In this document: positions 17,024 to 27,131 of the stretch, in pieces
Layout: each line of letters opens with the position of its first letter
Numbering within the stretch: position 1 is the stretch's first letter
Origin: Sulfuritalea sp.
GTDB lineage: Bacteria; Pseudomonadota; Gammaproteobacteria; Burkholderiales; Rhodocyclaceae
Direction: 5' to 3'
Length of the DNA stretch: 64,000 nt
Assembly (NCBI GenBank): GCA_016708585.1
Contig: JADJFK010000014.1
Span: 53,600-117,599 of the forward strand
The notes under the pieces: generated by a model
Seen by the model: the letters and a program-made list of their open reading frames with translations, nothing else
Database searches by the model: none
What the model was told of the DNA's origin: nothing
Program-made: the position numbers and the translations under genes

Positions 17024-17895
17024 TAGGTTTTCTCGCCGGGGAGTTCCGCGTTCAGCATGTCGGTCTCTGCCTTCATGCGCCATTCGACGATGGTCTTGGC
17101 CACCAGCGTCACCAGTGCCAGCAGTGCCAGCACCGAGGCGGCGGCGAAGGCGCCGATCGCGTTGTATTCGTTGTAGAGGATCTCGACGTGCAGCGGCAGC
17201 GTGTTGGTCTCGCCGCGGATGTGGCCGGAAACCACCGACACCGCGCCGAACTCGCCCATCGCCCGGGCGTTCGACAGGATCACGCCGTAGAGCAGGCCCC
17301 ACTTGATGTTGGGCAGGGTGACGCGCCAGAACATCTGCCAGCCGGAGGCGCCGAGCGAGATCGCCGCCTCTTCCTCGTCCTTGCCCTGCGACTGCATCAG
17401 CGGGATCAGCTCGCGGGCGATGAAGGGGAAGGTGATGAACAGGGTGGCGAGGATCATGCCCGGCACGGCGAAGATGATCTTGACGTCCTTGGCCGCCAGC
17501 CACTCGCCGAAATAGCCCTGCGAGCCGAACATGAGGATGAAGATCAGGCCGGCGACCACCGGCGACACCGCGAAGGGCAGGTCGATCAGCGTGATCAGCA
17601 GGCTCTTGCCCTTGAACTCGAACTTGGCGATGGCCCAGGCCGCAGCGACGCCGAACAGGATGTTGAAGGGCAGCACGGCCAGCGCAATGACGATGGTCAG
17701 CCAGATCGCCGAACGGGTTTCCGATTCCTTCAGCGCCTCAAGATAGATCGGCAGGCCCTGCGCCAGCGCTTCGACGAAAACCGCGACCAGCGGCAACCCG
17801 AGGAAGAAGAACAGGAAGCCGAGGCCAACCGTCAGCAGCGTGTAACGCACCCAGGCCGGTTCCTGCGTGGCGCGTGTCAGTTTGTTGCTACTCAT
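17023..17895 (-). CDS. cysW: Sulfate ABC transporter permease CysW
   Basis: 290-aa multi-TM permease positioned between cysT and cysA. Confidence 0.9.
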   Translation of the reverse strand: MSSNKLTRATQEPAWVRYTLLTVGLGFLFFFLGLPLVAVFVEALAQGLPIYLEALKESETRSAIWLTIVIALAVLPFNILFGVAAAWAIAKFEFKGKSLLITLIDLPFAVSPVVAGLIFILMFGSQGYFGEWLAAKDVKIIFAVPGMILATLFITFPFIARELIPLMQSQGKDEEEAAISLGASGWQMFWRVTLPNIKWGLLYGVILSNARAMGEFGAVSVVSGHIRGETNTLPLHVEILYNEYNAIGAFAAASVLALLALVTLVAKTIVEWRMKAETDMLNAELPGEKT

Positions 17896-18767
17896 GCCGC
17901 ACCCGCCTTGGTCTTGCCGGCAGCCACTTCCAGCGGCTCACTGTTTTTGTGCCGATTGGCTGCCCACCATTGCAGCGCATTGATGACCAGCAGCAGCACG
18001 AAGGAAATGGCCAGCATGACCACGGCCAGCGCCGTGGCGCCGAGCACGTCGTACTGCTCCAGCTTGGAGATGATCAGCAGCGGCACGATTTCGGAAATCA
18101 GCGGCAGGTTGCCGGCGATGAAGATGACCGAGCCGAATTCGCCGAGCGCCCGGGCAAAGGCCAGCGCGAAGCCGGTGAGCAAGGCCGGGCCGATGGCCGG
18201 GAAAATCGCTTTTACGAAGGTCTGCCAGCGCGAGGCGCCGAGCGAGGCGGCTGCCTCCTCGACTTCGGTTTCGATATCCTCGATCACCGGCTGCAAGGTG
18301 CGGACGACGAAGGGCAGGGTAATGAAGGTCAGGGCGACGATGATGCCGAGCGGCGTATAGGCCACCTTGACCCCCAGTGGCTCAAGGTACTGCCCCAACC
18401 AGCCGTTGCCGGCGTAAAGCGTGGCCAGCGTGATGCCGGCCACCGCTGTCGGCAGCGCGAATGGCAGATCGACCAGCGCATCGACGAAGCGCTTGCCGGG
18501 AAAAGAATAGCGAACGAGGATCCAGGCTACGATCAGCCCGAAGAAGGCATTGATCGACGCGGCCAGCAACGACGACACGAAGGTGACACGAAAGGCCGCC
18601 AGCGAGCGTTCGCCGAGCGCGATGTCGAGAATCTGGCCGAAACCGAGTTCGGACGCCTTGAGTATCATGCCGCCGAGGGGCAGCAGGATCAGTAACGAGA
18701 GATAGACCAGCGTATAGCCCAGCGCCAGACCGAAGCCAGGCAACACGCGTTGGGATTTTGCGGACAT
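17892..18767 (-). CDS. cysT: Sulfate ABC transporter permease CysT
   Basis: The start was chosen at MSAKSQRVLPGFGLALGYTL, a typical CysT N-terminus. The ORF extends to 18791. Confidence 0.85.
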   Translation of the reverse strand: MSAKSQRVLPGFGLALGYTLVYLSLLILLPLGGMILKASELGFGQILDIALGERSLAAFRVTFVSSLLAASINAFFGLIVAWILVRYSFPGKRFVDALVDLPFALPTAVAGITLATLYAGNGWLGQYLEPLGVKVAYTPLGIIVALTFITLPFVVRTLQPVIEDIETEVEEAAASLGASRWQTFVKAIFPAIGPALLTGFALAFARALGEFGSVIFIAGNLPLISEIVPLLIISKLEQYDVLGATALAVVMLAISFVLLLVINALQWWAANRHKNSEPLEVAAGKTKAGAA

Positions 18768-18862
18768 GAGTATTCTTGTTTTTTTGGCCAAATTCTCCGG
18801 TCGACCGCAGCAAAGCCTCAGGCCGGGCAGAACCCGGCCGGCTTTGGCGGGCGGGCGAACGC

Positions 18863-19861
18863 TTACTTGGCGACGTAAATCTGGTCGAAAGTGCCGCCAT
18901 CCTTGAAGTGGGTGGCAAATGCCTTGTTGGCACCGCCGAACACCTCATCGACGGTGAATGTCTTCACCGGCGGGAAGAACGCCGCATACTTCTTCAGCAG
19001 CTCGGCGTCACGCGGCCGCAGGTAGTTCTGCGCGGCGTTCTCCTGGCCTTCTTTGGACCACAGGTACTCCAGGTAAGCCGTGGCCTGCTTGCGCGTTCCC
19101 TTCTTGTCCACCACCTTCTCGACGACAGCGACCGGGAACTCGGTCTGCATGGTCAGGCTGGGATGAATCACCTCGAAATTGCCCTTGCCGAATTCCTTGG
19201 CGATCATTTCGGCTTCGGATTCAAAGGTGATCAACGCATCGCCCATGCCACGCTGCATGAAGGTCGTTGTCGCGTCACGGCCACCGGCGGCGAACAGCGG
19301 AGCGTTCTTCAACAGCTTGCCGACGAATTCCTGCGCCGTTTTGTCGCTGCCGCCCGGTTGCTTGAGCGCCCAAGCCCAGGCCGACAGATAGGTATTGCGG
19401 CCGTTGCCGGTGTTCTTCGGGTGCGGCATGATGACCTGAACACCCGGCGCTGCCAGGTCGGCCCAATCCTTCAGGGCCTTGGGATTGCCCTTGCGCACGA
19501 TGAAGACCATCGCCGATGTGTAGGGCGAAGCGTTGTTCGGGAACTTCTTTGCCCAGTCCTTGGCGACCAGACCTTTCTCGGCCAAGAACTCGATATCGTT
19601 GGCCTGATTCATCGTCACCACGTCGGCCTCCAGCCCGTCGGCCACGGCCCGCACCTGCTTGGTCGAGCCGCCGTGCGACTGCTTCAACTCCACGCTTTCG
19701 CCAGCGTTGGCTTTCCAGTGCTTCTGGAACATCGGGTTGTAGTCCTTGTAGACATCGCGCGCGACGTCGTAGGACGCGTTGAGCAGCGTGGCATCTGCCA
19801 GGGCGGCCCCGGCAACCAGGCTGAGCAGAACGGTAGCTATCGATTTACGGAAATGGGTCAT
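18863..19861 (-). CDS. sbp: Periplasmic sulfate-binding protein
   Basis: 332 aa with a signal peptide and Sbp/CysP-like sequence (LLNASYDVARDVYKDYNPMFQKHW). Confidence 0.9.
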   Translation of the reverse strand: MTHFRKSIATVLLSLVAGAALADATLLNASYDVARDVYKDYNPMFQKHWKANAGESVELKQSHGGSTKQVRAVADGLEADVVTMNQANDIEFLAEKGLVAKDWAKKFPNNASPYTSAMVFIVRKGNPKALKDWADLAAPGVQVIMPHPKNTGNGRNTYLSAWAWALKQPGGSDKTAQEFVGKLLKNAPLFAAGGRDATTTFMQRGMGDALITFESEAEMIAKEFGKGNFEVIHPSLTMQTEFPVAVVEKVVDKKGTRKQATAYLEYLWSKEGQENAAQNYLRPRDAELLKKYAAFFPPVKTFTVDEVFGGANKAFATHFKDGGTFDQIYVAK

Positions 19862-20056
19862 GATTCACCTCGCTATGGATGGCCGCTAATCTAGCGGAGT
19901 CACTTATAACCACAAAGACGGTTTTTGAATTTGCTTATAACCCGGCAATCAAATAGCCGGTAATGCTGCATATTGGACGGCGGAATGTTTGAAATAAGCC
20001 ATAACCCGTTCCGGTGTTTTGCTGAGGCACTCCATGAATCGGCTCGCCTTTTGCAA

Positions 20057-20119
20057 TGAGGCAGGTTGGAAAAGATGGAGTCCGACGGATCGTGTAATTT
20101 GACGATTAGGAGGACACAG
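20057..20119 (+). mobile_element. Solo left end (63 bp) of the same IS3-family element
   Basis: TGAGGCAGGTTGGAAAAGATGGAGTCCGACGGATCGTGTAATTTGACGATTAGGAGGACACAG matches 15372..15434 nearly base for base. Similarity stops at 20119. Confidence 0.75.
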
Positions 20120-20131
20120 GCTTACCCAGAA

Positions 20132-20560
20132 TCAGTCGAAGCGAACAGCAATCTGCTTCCCATCAGATTTTGTACAAACCCCGGCGGGGTCTTGGCCCGG
20201 CCCCCAAGTCAGTAGGCATCGAATCGTCTCCCCATTGGGGGCACGTAGTACCGGCGATGCCGAACTCCTTAGGTGATCTCTATCCACGCCGCTGGCAATT
20301 CGGTCGTAATGTTTGCCAGGGCCATACAACTTACGCATTTCTGCTAGGTCTTGATGACGCCTAATCTCAAATCCTCGCCCCTCATATCGTGCTCCTTCGA
20401 TTTCCAGAACCATGACCGGCACCTGTGTGCCTTCGTGGCTAAAGGAGCCAGTGACGGGTGAGGACTCGTTCACCGATTCCAGCTGATGGGTATGCCCGGC
20501 ACAACCGGAAAGTGTCACGCCCAAGATACAAGTGGGGAGTATTTTTGCAACCGCAGACAT
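20132..20560 (-). CDS. Hypothetical lipoprotein (last gene of RND operon 1)
   Basis: Lipobox LSGC after MSAVAKILPTCILGVT. It starts 12 nt after the upstream stop. Confidence 0.55.
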   Translation of the reverse strand: MSAVAKILPTCILGVTLSGCAGHTHQLESVNESSPVTGSFSHEGTQVPVMVLEIEGARYEGRGFEIRRHQDLAEMRKLYGPGKHYDRIASGVDRDHLRSSASPVLRAPNGETIRCLLTWGPGQDPAGVCTKSDGKQIAVRFD

Positions 20561-20572
20561 GCGACCCTCCTT

Positions 20573-20956
20573 CTATTTCAACACGAAGCGAACCGTTGCT
20601 GTGGCTTTGCCCGGCACGGATACCAACGCGACAATCTTGCTGTTGGCAAATTTGAAACTGCCTGTGGCTTCCAGTTGCTGGCCTACCGGTTTCAACTCGA
20701 CTTCCTGCTTATCAGCACCGACGAGGATGGTCAGCTTGGCGTTGGACTTCGAGACATCCACCGGCTTGCCATGATCGCGCAAATGCAACTGAATCAAATC
20801 CGGCTTGACCACCAGTTCGTAATCCACATCCTTGACCTCGCTGACGACGCCGCCGTGAAGCGGCTTGCGTTCGTGGCCATGGTCGTGACCACCGGCGGCG
20901 AAGGCAAGGCCGGACATGGAGAAGGCAAAAGCGGCGAGAAAATAAATCGGTTTCAT
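20573..20956 (-). CDS. Periplasmic accessory protein Y1 (His-rich N-terminus, beta-rich; family unassigned)
   Basis: Start MKPIYFLAAFAFSMSGLAFA. The mature N-terminus is AGGHDHGHERKPLHGG. Paralog of 39543..40025. Confidence 0.6.
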   Translation of the reverse strand: MKPIYFLAAFAFSMSGLAFAAGGHDHGHERKPLHGGVVSEVKDVDYELVVKPDLIQLHLRDHGKPVDVSKSNAKLTILVGADKQEVELKPVGQQLEATGSFKFANSKIVALVSVPGKATATVRFVLK

Positions 20957-20981
20957 GGGATTTCCTTTCGTAGAGCAATAA

Positions 20982-23900
20982 TTAGAGCGCACCGGCATCG
21001 CTATCGTTCATCAGGCGTTCCGCATCCTTGCGGCCGAACAGCCAGAACATGGCGGGTGTCAGGAAGGTGTCGAGCAGGGTTGAGCTGATCAGGCCCGAAA
21101 AGATGACCACTGCGACCGGATGCAGGATTTCCGTACCCGGCCGCTCGGCCTCGAACAACAACGGTGCCAGCGCGAAGGCCGTCACCAGCGCCGTCATCAA
21201 GACGGGTGCAAGACGTTCCAGAGAGCCGCGCAGGATCATCTTGTGGTCGAAGTTCTCGCCTTCGATGCGCATCAGGTTGATGTAATGGCTGACCTTGAGG
21301 ATGCCGTTGCGTACCGAGATGCCAGCCAACGTGATGAAGCCGACCAGCGCGGCGACCGATAGCGGCTGCCCGGAAAGCCACAAACCGAGCACTGCGCCAA
21401 CCAGTGCCAGCGGAATGTTGGCCATGATCAGCGCCGACAGCACGACCGACTTGTAGCGACTGAAGAGCACCACAAACATCAGCACCAGCGAGACGATGGA
21501 GAGCAGACCAACCAGCCGCGAAGCCTCTTCTTGCGCCTGGAACTGTCCGCCCAGGGTGATGAAGTAGCCTTCAGGCAGTTTGCTGTCGCCGACCACCTTG
21601 CGGATGTCCTCGATAATCTCGGACAATGCCCGCCCTTGGGCGTTGGCCGAAATCACGATGCGCCGCTTGCCATCGTCGCGGCTGACCTGATTCGGCCCGT
21701 CGCCATCCTCGATGGTGGCGATTTTTGACAGGGGAATCGGGCCGCCGGGCGTTTCCAGCAATATCCGCCCCAGCCCTTGCAACGAGCGGGACGATTCGGG
21801 CAAACGCACGACCAGCGCAAAGCGCCGGCCGCCCTCGACCACTTGCGTTACTTTTTCACCTTCGACCAGGCTTTGCAGCGTCGCCAGAATCTGTGGCGTC
21901 GGCACGCCGTACTGTGCGGCCGTCGCGTAGTTGACACTGACCTTGATCTGCGGGGCCAGTACCTGCTTCTCAATTTCCAGATCGACAACGCCGGGAATAC
22001 CGGCCAACCTGCCGCGCAGCACATCGGCCTGACCACGTAGCGTGTCCAGGTCGTCGCCAAAAATCTTGATAGCGATCTGCGAGCGCACGCCGGACAGCAT
22101 ATGATCGATGCGGTGCGAGATGGGCTGGCCGATAGCAACCGCTGCCGGCAGGTTGATCAGGCGGGCGCGAATGTCGGCCGAAATTTCGCCCATCGAGCGC
22201 GTCATTTCGGACGCCGGCTTCAGGCCGACATCCAGTTCACTGACGTGAACGCCTTCCGCATGCTCGTCGAGTTCCGCCCGGCCGCTGCGCCGCCCGACGT
22301 GCACAACTTCCGGCACTGCCTTGACTAGCACCTCGGCCTGTTGCGCCAGGGCCGACGACTCGGCCAGCGTGACGCCGGGATTAAGGCGCATGCCAATCAG
22401 TAGCGTTCCCTCATTGAAGGGCGGCAGGAAGGTTTTTGGGAAGAAGGGCACCGCGACCGCTGCCACCAGAACGGCAACAGCACCGGCCGCCAACGCCGAT
22501 TTAGGCCGGTTGAGCACCGCCTGCAAACTGCGGCCATAGCTGGCTTTTAGCCAGGCCAGCAGTTTCGTATCGCCATGATCGAGCGACTTCATGCTTGGCA
22601 GCAGGTAGAAGGAGAGCACCGGCGTCACCGTCACCGACACCACCAGCGAGGCCAGCGTCGAAACGATGAAAGCGATGCCGAGCGGCACGAACAGCCGACC
22701 TTCCATACCGGGCAGTGCGAACAGCGGCAGGAAAACCAGCACGATAATAATCGTTGCGTAGAGGATGGCCGAACGCACTTCCATCGTCGCATGGGCCACT
22801 AGTTCAATCGGGTGCATTCGATGATCGTGGTGCTTGGCCCGGTCTTCCTTCAGGCGCCGCAGCACGTTCTCGACGCCGACCACTGCGTCATCGACCAGGC
22901 CGCCGATGGCGATGGCCAGACCACCCAGGGTCATGGTGTTGATCGACAGGCCGTAATAGTCGAAGACCAGCGCCGTAATGAAAATTGACACCGGTATCGC
23001 GGTCAGCGCGATCACCGTCGGGCGCAAGGTGCCCAGGAAGAAGAACAGGATGACGGCGACGAAGACCGACGCCCCGATCAGCTTGCCTTGCAGCGTGCTG
23101 ATCGACGACTCGATGAAACTGGCCTGGCGGAAGGTTACCTTGGGCGCCTCCATGCCGGCCGGCAGCGATTTTTTCAGATCCTCCACGGCGGCCTCAATGC
23201 TCCGGGTCAGATGGATGGTGTCCGCCGTTGGCTGCTTCTGGATGCCGAGAATGACCGCCGGCTTGCCCTCGAAACCGGCATCGCCCCGCTTGATGGCCGG
23301 CGCGAAGGTCACGTCGGCGATTTGCCGCAATAAAACGGGTTGACCGTGGCGGGCCGTCAGCGCCAGATTTTTCAGGTCGTCCAGACGCGACGTGCGGCCG
23401 AGATGGCGAATCAGGTATTCGCGCCCGTTGAGTTCGAGGAAACCGCCGGAGGTGTTGGCCGAGTATCCCTTGAGCGCCCCGGTCAGCTGTTCGTGCGAAA
23501 TGCCCAGTTCCGCCATGCGCGTCGTGTTCGGCTGCACCTGGAACTGCCGTACTTCGCCGCCGATGGGAATGACCTGCGCCACGCCGGCGATGGCCATCAA
23601 ACGCGGACGCAGCACCCAGTCGGCGTATTCGCGCACCTGCATCGGCGAAATCTTCGCTGTGTCGATGGGAATGGCGATCTGCATGATTTCGCCCATGATC
23701 GAACTGATCGGCCCCATGCGCGGCGTGACGCCCGTCGGCAGCCCTTCCTCCATCGAGGAAAGACGTTCCGACACCATCTGTCGCGCCCGGAAAATCTCTG
23801 TTCTCCAGTTAAAGGTCACATAAATGAACGAGAGGCCGGCACTGGAAACCGACCGTACGCTTTCCACCCCTGGCAGACCGTTCATGGTCGTTTCCAGCGG

Positions 23901-24101
23901 GAAGGTGATCAGTTGTTCAACTTCCTCGGCGGCCATGCCGCCGGATTCGGTCATGATGGTGACCGTCGGCTTGTTGAGGTCTGGAAACACATCGACCGGC
24001 GTGCGCGAGAGCGTGAATGCCCCATACGCCATCAGCACCAGGCTGGCGATGATGACCAGCAGGCGGTTGGCAAGGCTGTTGTCGAGAAGCCACTTGAACA
24101 T
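20982..24101 (-). CDS. Heavy-metal efflux RND permease (CusA/CzcA superfamily), paralog 1
   Basis: 1039 aa. N-terminus PVDVFPDLNKPTVTIMTESGGMAAEEVEQLITFPLE. TM4 motif GGLAIAIGGLVDDAVVGVENVLRRL. Confidence 0.95.
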   Translation of the reverse strand: MFKWLLDNSLANRLLVIIASLVLMAYGAFTLSRTPVDVFPDLNKPTVTIMTESGGMAAEEVEQLITFPLETTMNGLPGVESVRSVSSAGLSFIYVTFNWRTEIFRARQMVSERLSSMEEGLPTGVTPRMGPISSIMGEIMQIAIPIDTAKISPMQVREYADWVLRPRLMAIAGVAQVIPIGGEVRQFQVQPNTTRMAELGISHEQLTGALKGYSANTSGGFLELNGREYLIRHLGRTSRLDDLKNLALTARHGQPVLLRQIADVTFAPAIKRGDAGFEGKPAVILGIQKQPTADTIHLTRSIEAAVEDLKKSLPAGMEAPKVTFRQASFIESSISTLQGKLIGASVFVAVILFFFLGTLRPTVIALTAIPVSIFITALVFDYYGLSINTMTLGGLAIAIGGLVDDAVVGVENVLRRLKEDRAKHHDHRMHPIELVAHATMEVRSAILYATIIIVLVFLPLFALPGMEGRLFVPLGIAFIVSTLASLVVSVTVTPVLSFYLLPSMKSLDHGDTKLLAWLKASYGRSLQAVLNRPKSALAAGAVAVLVAAVAVPFFPKTFLPPFNEGTLLIGMRLNPGVTLAESSALAQQAEVLVKAVPEVVHVGRRSGRAELDEHAEGVHVSELDVGLKPASEMTRSMGEISADIRARLINLPAAVAIGQPISHRIDHMLSGVRSQIAIKIFGDDLDTLRGQADVLRGRLAGIPGVVDLEIEKQVLAPQIKVSVNYATAAQYGVPTPQILATLQSLVEGEKVTQVVEGGRRFALVVRLPESSRSLQGLGRILLETPGGPIPLSKIATIEDGDGPNQVSRDDGKRRIVISANAQGRALSEIIEDIRKVVGDSKLPEGYFITLGGQFQAQEEASRLVGLLSIVSLVLMFVVLFSRYKSVVLSALIMANIPLALVGAVLGLWLSGQPLSVAALVGFITLAGISVRNGILKVSHYINLMRIEGENFDHKMILRGSLERLAPVLMTALVTAFALAPLLFEAERPGTEILHPVAVVIFSGLISSTLLDTFLTPAMFWLFGRKDAERLMNDSDAGAL

Positions 24102-24113
24102 GATTGGCTCCGC

Positions 24114-25136
24114 TCAGCGTATCTGGTTGATCAGAGTGGCCGCGCGGACGGCAACCCGATCCCCGGCTTTCAGTCCGCTGGTCACCGCCACGTGGGTGCC
24201 GTCCAGCGGCTCGGCGGTTACCGTGCGCGGCTCAAAGCGTTCCGGCGCCGTCTTGACCCAGACGATGCTCTGGTTGGCCGGGTTCTTCATCAGCGCCGCC
24301 GCCGGCACACGGATTCCTGGCACCGTGCTGCGCGTCTGCACGAAGACCCGCACCGGCTGGCCGACGGCCAATCCCGCCAAAGCGCTACCTTCACCCCGGA
24401 AGGTCAGCGGCAGGGCCTGTTCGCGCAGGCTGCGGGCAACGCCGACCAGGCGTAGCGGCAACTTCTGCTCGCCAACGGCAACAAAGGCCCCGGCCACATC
24501 GCTGGCGACGGCCATATCGAAAGCCAGCGCCTCGATCAGCAGGCGTTCCGGATTGACGATCTCGAACAGGATTTCGCGGGCTTCGAGCACCTGACCAGAG
24601 ACGACGTTGGCCGAGGCAATAACGCCACTGACCGGCGCCACCAGTTGCTCGTTGGCCACGGCAGCTTCGGCTTCCTCGATGACCTTGCGCGGCACGGTGT
24701 CGGACAGTTCTCGCAGGCGGCGCAGGCGACTTTCAGCCAGGGAGCGGCTGTTGCCGCCGACTTCCGGCGTCACGTAAGCCAGCACCTCGCCTTTCTTGAC
24801 CTGCTGGCCGGGCAATGGCAGACCGCGTGGTCCCGGCGTGACACGACCGGCAACGATGGCCTGCACTTTGCCGCCGGCATTCGGGTCCATGACCACCTTG
24901 CCGGCCAGTTCATGGGTACGGGGCAGTTCGCCTGGCTCAACCAGCAGGGTGCGAACGCCGATCTGGCGTTGCGCCGGTTTGGGCAGGAAGACGCTGCCGT
25001 CCGGCTGGCGTTTGGGGCCGCTGCCGCTGGCAGCGGGCGGGGCGTCACCGTGGTCATGGCCGTCGCCGGCCACTGCCGGCATTGCAGAAAACGACAAGGA
25101 AAGACAAAAAGCGCTCAATAACAGCCGGGGCCTCAT
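24114..25136 (-). CDS. RND periplasmic adaptor (MFP/HlyD family), paralog 1
   Basis: The start at 25136 overlaps the X1 stop (ATGA). Signal peptide, then GDGHDHGDAPP. The ORF-track version extends upstream. Confidence 0.85.
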   Translation of the reverse strand: MRPRLLLSAFCLSLSFSAMPAVAGDGHDHGDAPPAASGSGPKRQPDGSVFLPKPAQRQIGVRTLLVEPGELPRTHELAGKVVMDPNAGGKVQAIVAGRVTPGPRGLPLPGQQVKKGEVLAYVTPEVGGNSRSLAESRLRRLRELSDTVPRKVIEEAEAAVANEQLVAPVSGVIASANVVSGQVLEAREILFEIVNPERLLIEALAFDMAVASDVAGAFVAVGEQKLPLRLVGVARSLREQALPLTFRGEGSALAGLAVGQPVRVFVQTRSTVPGIRVPAAALMKNPANQSIVWVKTAPERFEPRTVTAEPLDGTHVAVTSGLKAGDRVAVRAATLINQIR

Positions 25137-25702
25137 GCGGCACCTCCGAAATGCGGGTTGCGGGAAGCGCGCAGGCGGCGCAATAGGGCGGCGAGGAGTA
25201 GCAGCGCCCCGCCGGCGGCACCACCCCACAGGGCGTATTCCTTCCAGCCATGGGTGTGGGCGCTCGTTTCTCCATGCGCCTCTTCGTGGATGTCGAGTTC
25301 ACCAGCCAGCAAGTCGGTTTCCTCGCCGGCGATGACGGTAGCCACGACCGACACGACCCCCGGCTTGAGTTCCTGCGCCAGCGTTGCCTCGAACTCGCCC
25401 TCGGCATGCGCTTCGACGGGGACTTTGACGCCGCCCAGTTCGAGTTCGAGCCTGGCGTTTTTGACTGGGCTGCCGTCGGCATAGCGGTCGAGATAGAGCG
25501 TCAGTTGCTTGCCATTGACGACGCCGACCAGTTCAAAGGTTTCGGACGTTGCCGCAAAAAGCGGCGAGGTGGGACCAGCCGATGATGCCGGCGCCTCGCC
25601 ATGGTCGCCACCGGCCCAGGCCAGTGGAGTCGCCAGGACGATCCAGGCGGCCCATCCCAAAGCGACCAGCGTGTTTGTTGTTCTCATGTTCGGATTCCTC
25701 AT
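25133..25702 (-). CDS. Bitopic accessory protein X1 (signal peptide, His motif, beta-rich domain, C-terminal TM anchor; family unassigned)
   Basis: GGDHGE after the signal peptide. C-terminal HTHGWKEYALWGGAAGGALLLLAALLRRLR. The start overlaps the OMF stop, and an alternative ATG at 25687 has a GAGGAA SD. Paralog of 44316..44834. Confidence 0.6.
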   Translation of the reverse strand: MRNPNMRTTNTLVALGWAAWIVLATPLAWAGGDHGEAPASSAGPTSPLFAATSETFELVGVVNGKQLTLYLDRYADGSPVKNARLELELGGVKVPVEAHAEGEFEATLAQELKPGVVSVVATVIAGEETDLLAGELDIHEEAHGETSAHTHGWKEYALWGGAAGGALLLLAALLRRLRASRNPHFGGAA

Positions 25703-26997
25703 TTTTGTTCGGGGAGCAGGCCCAGGGCCTGACGCAGGGCGGAGATGGCGGCGGCCAGGTCAATCCGGGCGCGAGCGTTTTGCCGTTCGGCTTCGACGGA
25801 TTCGAGTTCGATACGCAGGCGGGTCGGCAGGTCACTTTCGCCCAGGCGGAAGGACTTGTCGAAAAAGCCCCGCGACTCACGCGCCAGTTGGGTGCGCTTC
25901 TCGGCGGCCGCCAGTTGCGTGCGACTCGATTCGACGCGCACGCGCGCCGCTTCCAGATCAGCCGCCAGGCGCTCGCGCTCGAGGCGAAGTTGCCCCTCGG
26001 TTTCGAGGGCTTCAGCGCGGGCAAGGCCGAGTTTGGCGCGATTGCGGCTCTCCGAACCAAAAGGGATGCGCACGCCTAGTGTGACGGTCTGCTGATAGTC
26101 GTCGCCGAAAGCGCCTCGCTCGCGGGTAGTCGCCAGCAGCAGTTCGGGATTGCTCCTCGTCTGCACGCTGGCCAGATCGGCACTACGGCGAGCAACCTCG
26201 GCCCGGTCGAACAGTTCGACGACCGCTGGGTGGGTCGAATCCAGGGCGGTGAAGTCGGCAGGCACCGCCGGCGGGGTTTCCGGGCCGTCGGCTGCTGCCA
26301 CATCCGGCAGCTTGCCGATCAAGGCGCGCAGCTGCTGGGTGGCTGCGGCCAGCAGGCTGGCGCTTTCCGCCAGGGTCACCTCGGCGCTTGCCGCCACGCC
26401 ATCGGCCTGATGCTGGTCCGATCGTGCCAGGTCGCCGGCCTTGACCCGGCGGCGGACATCTTCTGCCAGTTTTTGCGCGCTGACCAAGCGCTCGCGGGCC
26501 AGTGACTGTTCGCCGCGTGCCCGCTGCCAGTTCCACCAGGCATCACGCACGGCGGCGGCTGTGCGCAATTGGGCAGCCGTCACCCGGCTGTCCACGGCTT
26601 TGGATTCGGCGTCTGCCAAGGCACCCTGACGGGAGCGCTCGCCCGGCAGCCACAGGGGCAAGACCACACCGGCCGCGTATTCGCGGCTGCCTTGATTCTT
26701 GCTCAGTTGGTCGGTCTTGCCGTACAAATCCAGCGAAGGCGCTTGGGCCGTCCAACTGCCGGCAACCTGCCGACGCGCCTCGGCAGCATCGCGCCGCAGA
26801 TCAAGGGATTGCGCTTCCGGTTGTCGCTCCCAAGCGGCCGCAAAGGCTTGCGACAGGGTAATCACGGCACCAGCGGGGGCTGACGTCGATTGCGCCCACA
26901 GGTCCCCGGTCGCTATTGCAGCGAGCGAGCACAGCCCGGCAACGACTAGGCGGGCCGGTAAAAAGGTAGTTCGTGAAATTGATTTGCTTCGAGACAT
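25699..26997 (-). CDS. Outer-membrane factor (TolC family), paralog 1
   Basis: 432 aa with a signal peptide and the typical OMF repeat structure. Confidence 0.9.
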   Translation of the reverse strand: MSRSKSISRTTFLPARLVVAGLCSLAAIATGDLWAQSTSAPAGAVITLSQAFAAAWERQPEAQSLDLRRDAAEARRQVAGSWTAQAPSLDLYGKTDQLSKNQGSREYAAGVVLPLWLPGERSRQGALADAESKAVDSRVTAAQLRTAAAVRDAWWNWQRARGEQSLARERLVSAQKLAEDVRRRVKAGDLARSDQHQADGVAASAEVTLAESASLLAAATQQLRALIGKLPDVAAADGPETPPAVPADFTALDSTHPAVVELFDRAEVARRSADLASVQTRSNPELLLATTRERGAFGDDYQQTVTLGVRIPFGSESRNRAKLGLARAEALETEGQLRLERERLAADLEAARVRVESSRTQLAAAEKRTQLARESRGFFDKSFRLGESDLPTRLRIELESVEAERQNARARIDLAAAISALRQALGLLPEQK

Positions 26998-27131
26998 CCG
27001 ATTCTCCAGTGATTAAAAGACACACGGGGAATCGGCGAGGTGCGACCGGGAAGTGTCGCAATGCGTCAGGGCGGATCAGTCCACCGCAGCCACAAGGGAG
27101 AAGCGCAGAAAAGTGCTATCCACCCCGCCGA

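Noticed and set aside
15956-17503. 515-aa version of cysA, with similar N-terminal extensions at 57013..58614 (trbF), 24114..25229, 43168..44406 and 44831..46210
   Set aside because: The extensions overlap the upstream genes and are Arg/Pro-rich nonsense. Internal ATGs give canonical N-termini and the usual stop-start overlaps.
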